Below are positions 10,474 to 19,612 of a DNA stretch of 64,000 bases, in pieces. A program made the position numbers and the translations under genes. The notes under the pieces are model-generated. The model was not told the DNA's origin. It ran no database searches and was given only the letters and a program-made list of their open reading frames with translations. Positions within the stretch are counted from its first letter, which is position 1. Each line of letters starts with the position of its first letter. This DNA is from Candidatus Bathyarchaeota archaeon (GTDB lineage Archaea; Thermoproteota; Bathyarchaeia; Bathyarchaeales; Bathycorpusculaceae): NCBI GenBank assembly GCA_963775685.1, contig CAVZJV010000014.1:1920001-1984000 (forward strand). The letters run 5' to 3'.

Positions 10474-10812
10474 ATGAGTAGTAGCGATCGTCAACTGTTA
10501 AGTTTTGGCGTCTTCCTCATAATCGTAGTTGTAGGAATACTGCTGGCGCTTGCAGGAGTCATCGGCTGGGACCTATTTGTTCCAGTGGTTCTGGTACTTT
10601 CAGGGTTCTGGGCAATCGCTTTGGCGGGCCTAAGGGCAGGTAAGCCACAGAGGTACGAACGCGGAACCTTCAGCACAATGGCTTTGGGATTTGGGCTTAT
10701 CGGAATAAGTGCTGCATGGTACCTATTCAGCATCAACTGGCTCTACTCGCTGATAGTTATACTGCTGATAGTTGCAGCTTTATCCATTGCAGCTGCACTA
10801 AGACGCAAATAG
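10474..10812 (+). CDS. Small membrane protein (~4 TM)
   Basis: Four hydrophobic segments; last gene of the operon. Confidence 0.75.
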   Translation: MSSSDRQLLSFGVFLIIVVVGILLALAGVIGWDLFVPVVLVLSGFWAIALAGLRAGKPQRYERGTFSTMALGFGLIGISAAWYLFSINWLYSLIVILLIVAALSIAAALRRK

Positions 10813-10886
10813 TCTCATTGAGCCCTTTTTGGCTCTAAACATTTTTCTATCACATCTGTACAGTGATGATGTAGAAGGCAGCAGGC

Positions 10887-12491
10887 ATGAGCGAAGAAGC
10901 GATAATTGGCCACGGCACATGGTACGACATGATGGCGAAGAAAGTCATCGAAAGGGAACAATCTCTAAACCGTGATTTGAGGAGAATCCGCACGGAGATG
11001 GGCCTTGGCGCCTCTGGTTTTCCACATATTGGCAGCTTAGGTGATGCATCTCGGAGTTACGCGGTTACTTTGGCGCTCAAAAACCTGAACTGCCATTCTG
11101 AACTCGTTGCCTTCTGCGACGACAAAGACGGTTTACGTAAGGTTCCCGTAGGGCTCTCCAAGGATATAGAGAAGTACCTTGGTTACTCTGTCTCAAGCAT
11201 ACCTGACCCATTTGGGTGCCACGAAAGCTACGGAAAACACATGAGTTCTCTGCTACTGGATGCTTTGGATAAATGCGGCATTGAATACACATATTATTCA
11301 GCCAAAGAAGTTTATGAAAAAGGATTACTACTAAGCGAGATAAGAACAATACTAATCAACGCCAAGAAAGTTGGGGAAATTGTAAAAGAAGAAGTAGGAC
11401 AAGAAACCTACACTGAGGTCTTACCATTTTTTGCTGTCTGCGAGAAATGCGGTCACCTATATACAACTAGAGCCTATAAGTTCGATCCCAAAACTGACAA
11501 GGTCTCCTACAAATGTGAAGGTCTTGAAATACGGGGCAAACTGATTGCCGGCTGTGGTCATGAAGGTGAAGTTGACATAAAAAGCGGCGAAGGCAAGCTT
11601 ACCTGGAAAAGTGAATTTGCAGCCCGCTGGAAAGCCTTGGACATAAGATTTGAAGCTTATGGCAAAGACATCGCTGACTCGGTGCGCATCAACGATCGCA
11701 TCTGCCGTGAAGTCCTCTGTTTTGAACCGCCTTCCCACGCCAAGTATGAGATGTTCCTCGACAAGGGTGGAAAAAAAATCTCTAAGTCAGCAGGCAACGT
11801 CTTCACGCCCCAAGTATGGTTCAATTATGGTTCACCTCAGTCGTTGCTTTTGCTTATGCTTAAGCGGTTTGTAGGCACACGAACCTTGGATGTCTCAGAC
11901 ATTCCAGCATATATGAATGAAATCGATAACCTCGAAGACGTTTACTTCGGAAAAAAACAAGTCAGTGAAAAAGAAGCTACCAAACTCAAAGGCTTATACC
12001 TCTACTGCTACATCATGAAACCTCCAGGCAAACCAAGCATTCATGTTCCCTACAACCTTATGGCATTCCTCGTTAAGATGTCTCCTAAAGGATGTATAAA
12101 CGACTACGTCTCAGAGAAACTGCAAAGCTACGGTTACCTGCAGAAAAATCAAACATTAGACCACGGCTTAAAGCAGCGCATTGAGTACGCGTTGAATTGG
12201 ACACGCGACTTCCACGAAATCAAAGAAACCGTTATTGACTTCACAACTGAAGAAAAGAAAGCCCTTACCGAGCTTGTCACCAAACTACAGACCGAGGATG
12301 ACCCAGACAAAATTCAAAATGCCATCTTCAACGCAGCAAAAGACAACGGTATAAAACCGGGTGCCTTCTTCAAGGTGCTCTATCAGGTTTTGCTGGGTGC
12401 ACCGCAGGGCCCCCGTCTCGGTCCGTACGTACTTGCTATGGGAAAACAAAACGTTCTTGCCGCGTTACAAAGAGTAATCAGCAAAAAATAG
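10887..12491 (+). CDS. lysS: Lysine--tRNA ligase, class I
   Basis: SGFPHIGS, FEAYGKD, KISKSAGN, GPRLG. Confidence 0.95.
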   Translation: MSEEAIIGHGTWYDMMAKKVIEREQSLNRDLRRIRTEMGLGASGFPHIGSLGDASRSYAVTLALKNLNCHSELVAFCDDKDGLRKVPVGLSKDIEKYLGYSVSSIPDPFGCHESYGKHMSSLLLDALDKCGIEYTYYSAKEVYEKGLLLSEIRTILINAKKVGEIVKEEVGQETYTEVLPFFAVCEKCGHLYTTRAYKFDPKTDKVSYKCEGLEIRGKLIAGCGHEGEVDIKSGEGKLTWKSEFAARWKALDIRFEAYGKDIADSVRINDRICREVLCFEPPSHAKYEMFLDKGGKKISKSAGNVFTPQVWFNYGSPQSLLLLMLKRFVGTRTLDVSDIPAYMNEIDNLEDVYFGKKQVSEKEATKLKGLYLYCYIMKPPGKPSIHVPYNLMAFLVKMSPKGCINDYVSEKLQSYGYLQKNQTLDHGLKQRIEYALNWTRDFHEIKETVIDFTTEEKKALTELVTKLQTEDDPDKIQNAIFNAAKDNGIKPGAFFKVLYQVLLGAPQGPRLGPYVLAMGKQNVLAALQRVISKK

Positions 12492-12645
12492 GTTTTCCCA
12501 AAATTTTACTTTGTTAACAATGGTTCCTACAAAGTAACAAAACCCTTACTTATCTTTCTACTTAATGTTCACAGTAAATTTTTGGAGAAATTTATAGTTG
12601 AGTTATTGAACTCTGCCAAATGTAGGATCAAAAAATACGACGTCA

Positions 12646-13385
12646 GTGCCAAAATTAAGGATTATATTTCTTGGGGGCAAGCTACTTGCGTTGTGCTTTG
12701 AATTTGATGAGAGGTTTAGAGCTATTTTAGAAAATATTCCTTCATCTGTTATAGTTATTGAAGAGCCTGATGGCAAAGTAACCTACGCTAATAACCGAGC
12801 CTTGACTTCATGGTGCAAACCGTGCTGGATTGAAATAAATAAGCATACTGCAACTATGAAGATTTTAACTTTAGAAAGCAAAATCTGTCTACCGAAGAAC
12901 TTTACAGTTGCAGCTTTTTTCAAAGAGGAAATTTTGCGAAACTCAATCATAGTAATTGAACAACATTCTGGAAAGCGGTTCATTGTTGTGGTGAGCGGAA
13001 ATCCGCTTATTGTAAAGAAGGCAAAGTCAATGCTACAAGTTGTTCTTGATGACGTTACTGCCCACATTATGCTCAAAACGCACTAACGGAAAGTGGGGCG
13101 CGTTGAAAAAGTCAAGGGGATTGCTCAAGTAGGACGCTGGGAATACTTTGCAAAGAGGAAATGGCAATTTGGTCTGAAGAGGTATTCCGTATTTTAGGCA
13201 CCTCGACAGTATGGCCCAAATATCAGTGAGTATGTGGTTCGAATTTTCCCTGAGGAAGAGAAGACGTCTTCGGATTAGTTGTCGTTAAACGTTTAGAGGA
13301 ATCACAGGGTGGCACGATTAGTTTGGAAAGCACATTGGGAAAAGGAACACGATTCAAAACTGAATTTCCAAAAACCAACGATGCA
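12646..13385 (+). pseudogene. Decayed PAS-domain sensor histidine kinase
   Basis: PAS start ERFRAILENIPSSVIVIEEPDGKVTYAN; broken second PAS (GRWEY, WSEEVFRILG); HATPase tail FGLVVVKRLEESQGGTISLESTLGKGTRF at ~13270-13360; multiple stops and shifts, most of the middle missing. Confidence 0.75.
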
Positions 13386-13502
13386 CCAAAGTAGATTGCT
13401 TTCTGATCGAAACTTCCCTGCTTTAGTTTTTGAAATGTTTGCATACCCTGGTAATTTTAAGACATTTTTTCAGATGATAACGAACAATGAACGATTAAGT
13501 TA

Positions 13503-13517
13503 GAAAGAATTATAAAT
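13503..13517 (+). promoter_or_regulatory. BRE/TATA promoter (GAAAGAATTATAAAT) of beta-propeller gene 1
   Basis: Near-identical GAAAGTATTATAAAC at the same spacing upstream of paralog 2. Confidence 0.7.
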
Positions 13518-13541
13518 TAAGATACCATTCATGTTAGAGAT

Positions 13542-13599
13542 ATTGGGCAAGGATAAGAAACACTCGACAATTCGATTAGTGTTTACTCTTTTGCTCAAT
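13542..13599 (+). ncRNA. Putative structured 5'-UTR hairpin, copy 1
   Basis: ATTGGGCAA/TTGCTCAAT outer stem, AAACACT/AGTGTTT inner stem; covaries with copy 2. Confidence 0.55.
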
Positions 13600-13625
13600 T
13601 AGAATAAATTAAGAGGAAAAGAAAA

Positions 13626-16220
13626 ATGCAAAAACTAAAAAATAAAACTATGGCTATTTTGATCGCAGCAATTTTAACAATATCAATGGCAACTTCGATA
13701 ATGCTCGTGCCAAATGCTAGCGCTCATACACCTGCGTGGGAGATTCCGACGTATATGTTTGTTAGCGTCGCACCAAACCCAATTGGTGTCGGACAGACAG
13801 TCAACGTTAACCTCTGGTGTAACGCACCCCCACCAACGGCAAGTGCACAATATGGTGACAGATGGACAAACTTAACTCTAGTTATCACTAAACCTGATGG
13901 AAGTACACAAAAATTAGGGCCATTCTCATCTGATGCAACTGGAGGAACGGTCACAACCTTTACTCCTGACACAGTCGGCAATTACAGTTTACAAAGCTTC
14001 TTTGGAGGCGAAGTGCTACCAGGTCTAAACAATCCCGTACCAGGAACTATTTCAAACAATGCATTCGTTAACGACACCTTCCTACCTAGCTCCAGCAGCA
14101 AATTTGTTCTAACAGTGCAGCAAGACCCAATATCGTACGAGCCAGCAGCACCACTACCAACCAGCTATTGGACTCGCCCAATTTACGGCGAGAACAACGC
14201 TTGGTACACAATCGCAGGCAACTGGCTTGGCCTATCCGCGTCAACCTTTGCAGCAACTGGAATGTACAGCGTAATGTCAAACTATAACCCGTACACAACC
14301 GCTCCTAACTCTGCCCACATACTTTGGACAAAACCAGTAGCGTTCGGCGGTATAATTGGAGGCGAATTCGGTGGAAGTGAAACAGGCAACTACTACTCTA
14401 CATCTCAATATGAACCAAAGTTTGCTCCAATCATTATGCAAGGCATCCTATACTACTCACTCTATCCCGGATCCTCAACCTATCCGCAAGGATGGACCGC
14501 TGTAGATCTGCATACTGGGGAAACACTTTGGACCAAGAACATAAACACTGAAGTGCTAAAATGCGGACAAATTCTCCAAATGATTACACCTAACCAATAC
14601 GGTGCCCTCGCATACCTCTGGACCATCCCAGTAGCAGCAGCAGGCTACCAAGCAGCAGGACAATACATGTCAATGTATGACGCAATGACTGGCAACTATA
14701 TACTAACTATCAAAAACACACCTTCAATGTCACTTACTGAAGACGAACGCGGAAACTTGATAGGCTACTATGTCAACAGCAGCCAGGGACAACGGTCACT
14801 TTCTGTTTGGAACTCTACAAGATGCATTAACCTAGTTGGAGCCAACTATGGCGGCGGTGCATCAGTTGCAGATCAATGGATGTGGAGACCCCCATACAAC
14901 ACAACAATCGACTTCCAATTGGGAGTACAAGACTCATGGCCCATAGTAACCTCAATTGACAATACACCTATCTCTCTGGGGCTTTCTTCTATTACTGACG
15001 GAGTGGCACTCATGACGCAAGCAAGCGTTGCAGGGAGTTCATTCTTCCAGAACGGATGGATTATTCAAGCAGGTTACGACCTTAGCACAGGGGACAAACT
15101 CTGGGGACCAGTAAACCGCACAGAAGTCATAGATTCAAGAGTGCTATACGGATCAACGACAGCTGGTAACGGCGTTTGGGTAGAATTTGACGCAGCCGCA
15201 CTGACAGCAACTGGATATAGTCTCCACACAGGCGAAAAAGTCTGGGGTCCAAAAGCACTTCCAAATGTTAGCCCCTTCGCTTCACTAGGTGAACAATACG
15301 TTGTCGCTGACAAAACAATCTACCTCTGGACCTATGGCGGAGACATATACGCTATTGACTTGGCAACAGGAACCTTCAATTGGGAATATCACACACCTCC
15401 AGGCGGTTACGAATCACCTTACGGTATAGAGCCTCTTTGGACTTTCACTGTAGGGACAGTCGCTGACGGAAAACTATTCGTGCCTGAAGGCCACATGTAC
15501 AGCCCACCATTATTCCACAACGCACAACAGCTAGCAATAAACACTACCAACGGTCAAGTCGTATGGAGTATTGATGCTTTTGATGTTACCAGCGCACCCG
15601 CGATTTCTGACGGGATTATGACAACCCTAAACGCCTACGACAACCAGATCTACACTTGGGGTAAAGGTCCAACCGCTATGACTGTTACTGCACCTGACGT
15701 TGGCGTAACAACTGCCACTCCAATAACAATCAGGGGTGCAGTTATCGACAAGTCAGCTGGAACCCAGCAACAAGCTCAAGTAGCCAACTTCCCCAACGGC
15801 GTCCCAGCTGTATCAGATGAAAGCCAAACTGCATGGATGGAATATGTCTACATGCAACAGCCAATGCCAACAAACACAACAGGCGTCTCAATCATCATAA
15901 GCGTCATTGACTCAAATGGCAACAGCCGTCAAATTGGCAGCACCACAAGCGATGCAAGCGGCATGTTCTCTCTCACATGGACACCCGACATAACAGGACC
16001 CTACACCGTAATAGCCAGCTTCCCTGGCTCAGAATCATACTACTCCTCTTCTGCAGAAACATCCTTCTACGCAAGCGAGCCAGCACCAACAGCATCTCCA
16101 TACCCACAGGTATCTTTTCCACCTACTGAAATGTACATTGCTGCAGCGGCAGTCGGAATAATAATTGCAGTAGCCATAGTCGGCGCTGTACTATTATTGG
16201 CAATCAAGAAACGGCCATAA
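13626..16220 (+). CDS. Secreted, C-terminally membrane-anchored PQQ-like beta-propeller protein (paralog 1)
   Basis: Signal peptide, repeated AxDxxTGxxxW motifs, Ig-like flanks, Pro-rich linker, TM helix followed by KKRP. Confidence 0.85.
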   Translation: MQKLKNKTMAILIAAILTISMATSIMLVPNASAHTPAWEIPTYMFVSVAPNPIGVGQTVNVNLWCNAPPPTASAQYGDRWTNLTLVITKPDGSTQKLGPFSSDATGGTVTTFTPDTVGNYSLQSFFGGEVLPGLNNPVPGTISNNAFVNDTFLPSSSSKFVLTVQQDPISYEPAAPLPTSYWTRPIYGENNAWYTIAGNWLGLSASTFAATGMYSVMSNYNPYTTAPNSAHILWTKPVAFGGIIGGEFGGSETGNYYSTSQYEPKFAPIIMQGILYYSLYPGSSTYPQGWTAVDLHTGETLWTKNINTEVLKCGQILQMITPNQYGALAYLWTIPVAAAGYQAAGQYMSMYDAMTGNYILTIKNTPSMSLTEDERGNLIGYYVNSSQGQRSLSVWNSTRCINLVGANYGGGASVADQWMWRPPYNTTIDFQLGVQDSWPIVTSIDNTPISLGLSSITDGVALMTQASVAGSSFFQNGWIIQAGYDLSTGDKLWGPVNRTEVIDSRVLYGSTTAGNGVWVEFDAAALTATGYSLHTGEKVWGPKALPNVSPFASLGEQYVVADKTIYLWTYGGDIYAIDLATGTFNWEYHTPPGGYESPYGIEPLWTFTVGTVADGKLFVPEGHMYSPPLFHNAQQLAINTTNGQVVWSIDAFDVTSAPAISDGIMTTLNAYDNQIYTWGKGPTAMTVTAPDVGVTTATPITIRGAVIDKSAGTQQQAQVANFPNGVPAVSDESQTAWMEYVYMQQPMPTNTTGVSIIISVIDSNGNSRQIGSTTSDASGMFSLTWTPDITGPYTVIASFPGSESYYSSSAETSFYASEPAPTASPYPQVSFPPTEMYIAAAAVGIIIAVAIVGAVLLLAIKKRP

Positions 16221-16227
16221 GAAACAC

Positions 16228-16268
16228 AAAACCAAAAATAATTTCCCCTTTCTTCTTTTTTTTGGTTT
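16228..16268 (+). terminator. Pyrimidine/oligo-T terminator
   Basis: AAACCAAAAA...TTTCCCCTTTCTTCTTTTTTTTGGTTT right after the stop; similar after paralog 2. Confidence 0.6.
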
Positions 16269-16377
16269 AATTGATAAAGTCATGACAAATTCTTTGAGAG
16301 CCTTTATAGTTTGCTCGACGTTTAGTGAAGAACTGATTTACCCCTCGTTTGCAAAGGTTAACAAAATCGGGAATTTC

Positions 16378-16392
16378 GAAAGTATTATAAAC
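16378..16392 (+). promoter_or_regulatory. BRE/TATA promoter (GAAAGTATTATAAAC) of beta-propeller gene 2
   Basis: Matches the paralog 1 promoter. Confidence 0.7.
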
Positions 16393-16417
16393 TAACTCAT
16401 TGAATAGAGCTATTTTA

Positions 16418-16481
16418 ATTGGGCAAAAGCGCATAGACATTGATTCTTTAGGACAAATGTTTAGCTTAGGCTTTGTCCAAT
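16418..16481 (+). ncRNA. Putative structured 5'-UTR hairpin, copy 2
   Basis: ATTGGGCAAA/TTTGTCCAAT outer stem, TAGACATT/AATGTTTA inner stem. Confidence 0.55.
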
Positions 16482-16506
16482 GAGAAAAATTTAAGGAGAA
16501 AGAAAA

Positions 16507-19212
16507 ATGCAAAAATTAAAAAATAAAACTATGGCTATTTTGATTGCGGCAATTTTAACAGTTTTAATGGCAGATTCTCTGATACTATTGCCGGATGCTG
16601 GTGCACATACGCCATCCTGGAGCATAAACACTTACGCTTACTGTAACGTCGCGCCTAACCCCGCAGGATTGGGCCAAACTGTTACTATCGGCATGTGGAT
16701 CCAGATACCTCCACCGACGGCGGCTGGAGCAGTTGGAGACAGATGGCACAACTTTAACGTAACAATTACAAAACCTGACGGAACCAAAGAAACTCTAGGC
16801 CCATTTACATCTGACGATACAGGCGGAACATTCACTCTATACACTCCAGATCAACTAGGCAACTATAGCTTTGTGTTCAACTATCCAGGTGAGGTGATGC
16901 CTGGTGCAAACGGAGCTTCAAAGACAAACGCATACATAGGAGATTACTTTGAACCATCCACCAGCGAAACCGCATATTGTACAGTGCAGCAGGACCCAGT
17001 GCCAACACTACCGACAATTCCACTTCCGACAAGCTACTGGACTCGTCCAATACAATCTGGCAACGGTTTATGGTCAACAATATCTGGTAACTGGCTAGGC
17101 TTCGGTATACACTCGTTTGCTAACACTGGAAGGTACAACAATACCGGGAACTATAACCCGTACTCTGCAGCGCCACTGGCTCCCCACATAATCTGGACAA
17201 AGCCTGTTGCGTTCGGAGGCTTAACTGGAGGCGAATTCGGCGGCAGCGATACAAGCAACTTTTACTCAACCTCACAGTACGAGCCAAAATGGGCACCCAT
17301 CATAATGAATGGAATCATGTACTATACCAACTACCCAACAAGTATCAACAACCCAACCGGATGGACAGCACTAAACTTGAAAACAGGAGAAACAATCTGG
17401 ACAAATAACGCAGAAAACCTCGGCGGCGGCAATCCAACGCAAAGTGCTCTAACATCCACAGGAATAGTGACTATTCTCAGATGCGGTCAGCTACTCGACA
17501 TGGTAAACCCCAACCAATACGGCAACATCGCATATCTATGGAGCACCGGAACCCCTACAGGAATCAACACCCAACCAGGATCAACTACTTATAACCTGTT
17601 CGATGCAATGACCGGGACCTATATCCTTAGCATCGTTAACGGCTCCTCAATGACACTTACAGAAGACGAAGGAGGGAACCTAATTGGCTACTACATCAAC
17701 TCAAGCACCGCCAACGCATATAAAGCACCAACCCTAAACTGTTGGAACTCAACACAAGCAATCTTCTATCCAAACTCCCAGTTCATACCAGGAACAACAG
17801 TAGCAAGCTGGAGTTGGAGACCAGGACAAAGCTCCGTTATCAATTTCCAACGTGGAGTAATGTGGTCCAAACCAGTCGCCACCAACATCTCAGGCAACCC
17901 ATTGATCAGCACAACTGACCTCTCAGGTAACCCTGTGACAGCTTCTCTTTCAATTAACAGAGTCGACAGCGGAATCGTGCTCATGACCGCCGTAGGCGCT
18001 TCATACTTCAACATTGGCTACCAAATTGATGCAGGATACAGCGCAACTACAGGAGAACAGCTATGGATCGAAAATCGGACCTTGACACCCTTCACACGAG
18101 ACTCAATAACTAAAGGTGGCTACGGATTGTACTACTATATGCAATCAGCTCAAGGCATAATGAGAGCCTACGACTTGAACACAGGCAAATTGAAATGGGG
18201 ACCAATACAGCTTACAGGTGACAACGGCAACTACCCTGTGCCTGATCCATACGACAGCATCGGCGGCTATCAAACAGAAATTGCCAACGGCGTACTCTAC
18301 GTGATGGGCTTTGGAGGCGATGTATGGGCTATCAACGCCCTTACAGGTGAAGAAATCTGGTACACCAGCACCAACAAACTCATCGGTGAAGCCGGGTCTG
18401 ATACACCTTATGGTGTGTGGCCACTTTGGGTCTTCAGCGGTGGATCTGTGGCTGGAAACGGAGTTTATCTTCTTAACGTTGGCCATGAATATAGTCCACC
18501 ACTATTCCGAGGAGCAAAACAACTAGCACTAAACACCACCGACGGATCCTTGATTTGGAGCATACTGGGCTTTGACGTAACAAACGGTGCCACCATCGTT
18601 GATGGAGTTGTAACCGTGCTAAACGCATATGACAACCAACTATACTCATATTCCCAAGGTCCAACCGCTATGACTGTTACTGCACCTGACGTTGGCGCAA
18701 CAACTGCCACCCCAATAACCATCCGAGGCACTATAACAGACACCTCAGCCGGAACAAAACAAGAAGAACAAGTAGCCAACTTCCCCAATGGCGTCCCATG
18801 CGTCTCTGACGAAAGCCAAGCAGCATGGATGGAATACGTCTACATGCAACAGCCAAAACCCACAGATGTCACTGGTGTTAAAATTGCAATAAACGTAGTT
18901 GACGCAAACGGCAACAACAGACAAATCGGCACAACCACAAGCAAAGAAGACGGCACATTCTCTTTGACATGGACACCTGACATATCAGGCGATTACTATG
19001 TCATCGCTATCTTCGCAGGCTCAAACTCGTACTATCAGTCATCCGCAGGCACATCATTTTTCGCAAGTGAAACAACAACAGCAACCCCAGCACCGACACA
19101 AGCTGCAGAATCAATGGCTGACCAATACTTTGTTCCAGCAATTGCAGGCCTCTTTGTAGCCGTAATAGTCGTTGGTCTATTGATCATCTTAGTCCTTAGA
19201 AAACGACCATAA
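16507..19212 (+). CDS. Secreted, C-terminally membrane-anchored PQQ-like beta-propeller protein (paralog 2)
   Basis: Same architecture as paralog 1, identical first 18 aa, TM followed by RKRP. Confidence 0.85.
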   Translation: MQKLKNKTMAILIAAILTVLMADSLILLPDAGAHTPSWSINTYAYCNVAPNPAGLGQTVTIGMWIQIPPPTAAGAVGDRWHNFNVTITKPDGTKETLGPFTSDDTGGTFTLYTPDQLGNYSFVFNYPGEVMPGANGASKTNAYIGDYFEPSTSETAYCTVQQDPVPTLPTIPLPTSYWTRPIQSGNGLWSTISGNWLGFGIHSFANTGRYNNTGNYNPYSAAPLAPHIIWTKPVAFGGLTGGEFGGSDTSNFYSTSQYEPKWAPIIMNGIMYYTNYPTSINNPTGWTALNLKTGETIWTNNAENLGGGNPTQSALTSTGIVTILRCGQLLDMVNPNQYGNIAYLWSTGTPTGINTQPGSTTYNLFDAMTGTYILSIVNGSSMTLTEDEGGNLIGYYINSSTANAYKAPTLNCWNSTQAIFYPNSQFIPGTTVASWSWRPGQSSVINFQRGVMWSKPVATNISGNPLISTTDLSGNPVTASLSINRVDSGIVLMTAVGASYFNIGYQIDAGYSATTGEQLWIENRTLTPFTRDSITKGGYGLYYYMQSAQGIMRAYDLNTGKLKWGPIQLTGDNGNYPVPDPYDSIGGYQTEIANGVLYVMGFGGDVWAINALTGEEIWYTSTNKLIGEAGSDTPYGVWPLWVFSGGSVAGNGVYLLNVGHEYSPPLFRGAKQLALNTTDGSLIWSILGFDVTNGATIVDGVVTVLNAYDNQLYSYSQGPTAMTVTAPDVGATTATPITIRGTITDTSAGTKQEEQVANFPNGVPCVSDESQAAWMEYVYMQQPKPTDVTGVKIAINVVDANGNNRQIGTTTSKEDGTFSLTWTPDISGDYYVIAIFAGSNSYYQSSAGTSFFASETTTATPAPTQAAESMADQYFVPAIAGLFVAVIVVGLLIILVLRKRP

Positions 19213-19219
19213 AATTGCA

Positions 19220-19256
19220 AAAGCCAAAAAAAATTCCCTTTTTCTTTTTTTGATTT
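19220..19256 (+). terminator. Pyrimidine/oligo-T terminator
   Basis: A-run, then TTCCC and two T-runs after the stop. Confidence 0.6.
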
Positions 19257-19353
19257 ATAAAATACAGCTATTTTAGGCTTAATTAGCGTAACAATTATTT
19301 TTCGCTTAGCATTAGCGTTTATATTGTTCGAATGGAGAGTACTCTTCTCGGTA

Positions 19354-19432
19354 GGGCTCGTCGTCTAGTACGGATTAGGGCACCGGCCTGCGGAGCCGGA
19401 CGTCATGGGTTCAAATCCCATCGGGCCCGCCA
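19354..19432 (+). tRNA. tRNA-Arg (anticodon GCG), encoded CCA, no intron
   Basis: Acceptor GGGCTCG/CGGGCCC, anticodon arm CCGGC-CTGCGGA-GCCGG, T arm ATGGG-TTCAAAT-CCCAT; TTTATAT ~30 nt upstream. Confidence 0.95.
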
Positions 19433-19612
19433 CTCAGACTTCATAAAAGACCATTTAGCACAGAACCAAATGCCTCGAGGCAAATTACTAATAAACAAAT
19501 TTTTTCTTGTAGTATTTTGATAACTAAACGCCTTCCAAAAATAATTAGCCACTATATTGTATATCCTAAGCTTCTGCAAAAGACTATGCCATAAAAAGAA
19601 AGGGCAGTAAGT

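Noticed and set aside
19354-19432. tRNA-Arg as an integration site for an island
   Set aside because: No duplicated tRNA 3' end and no integrase seen in the window
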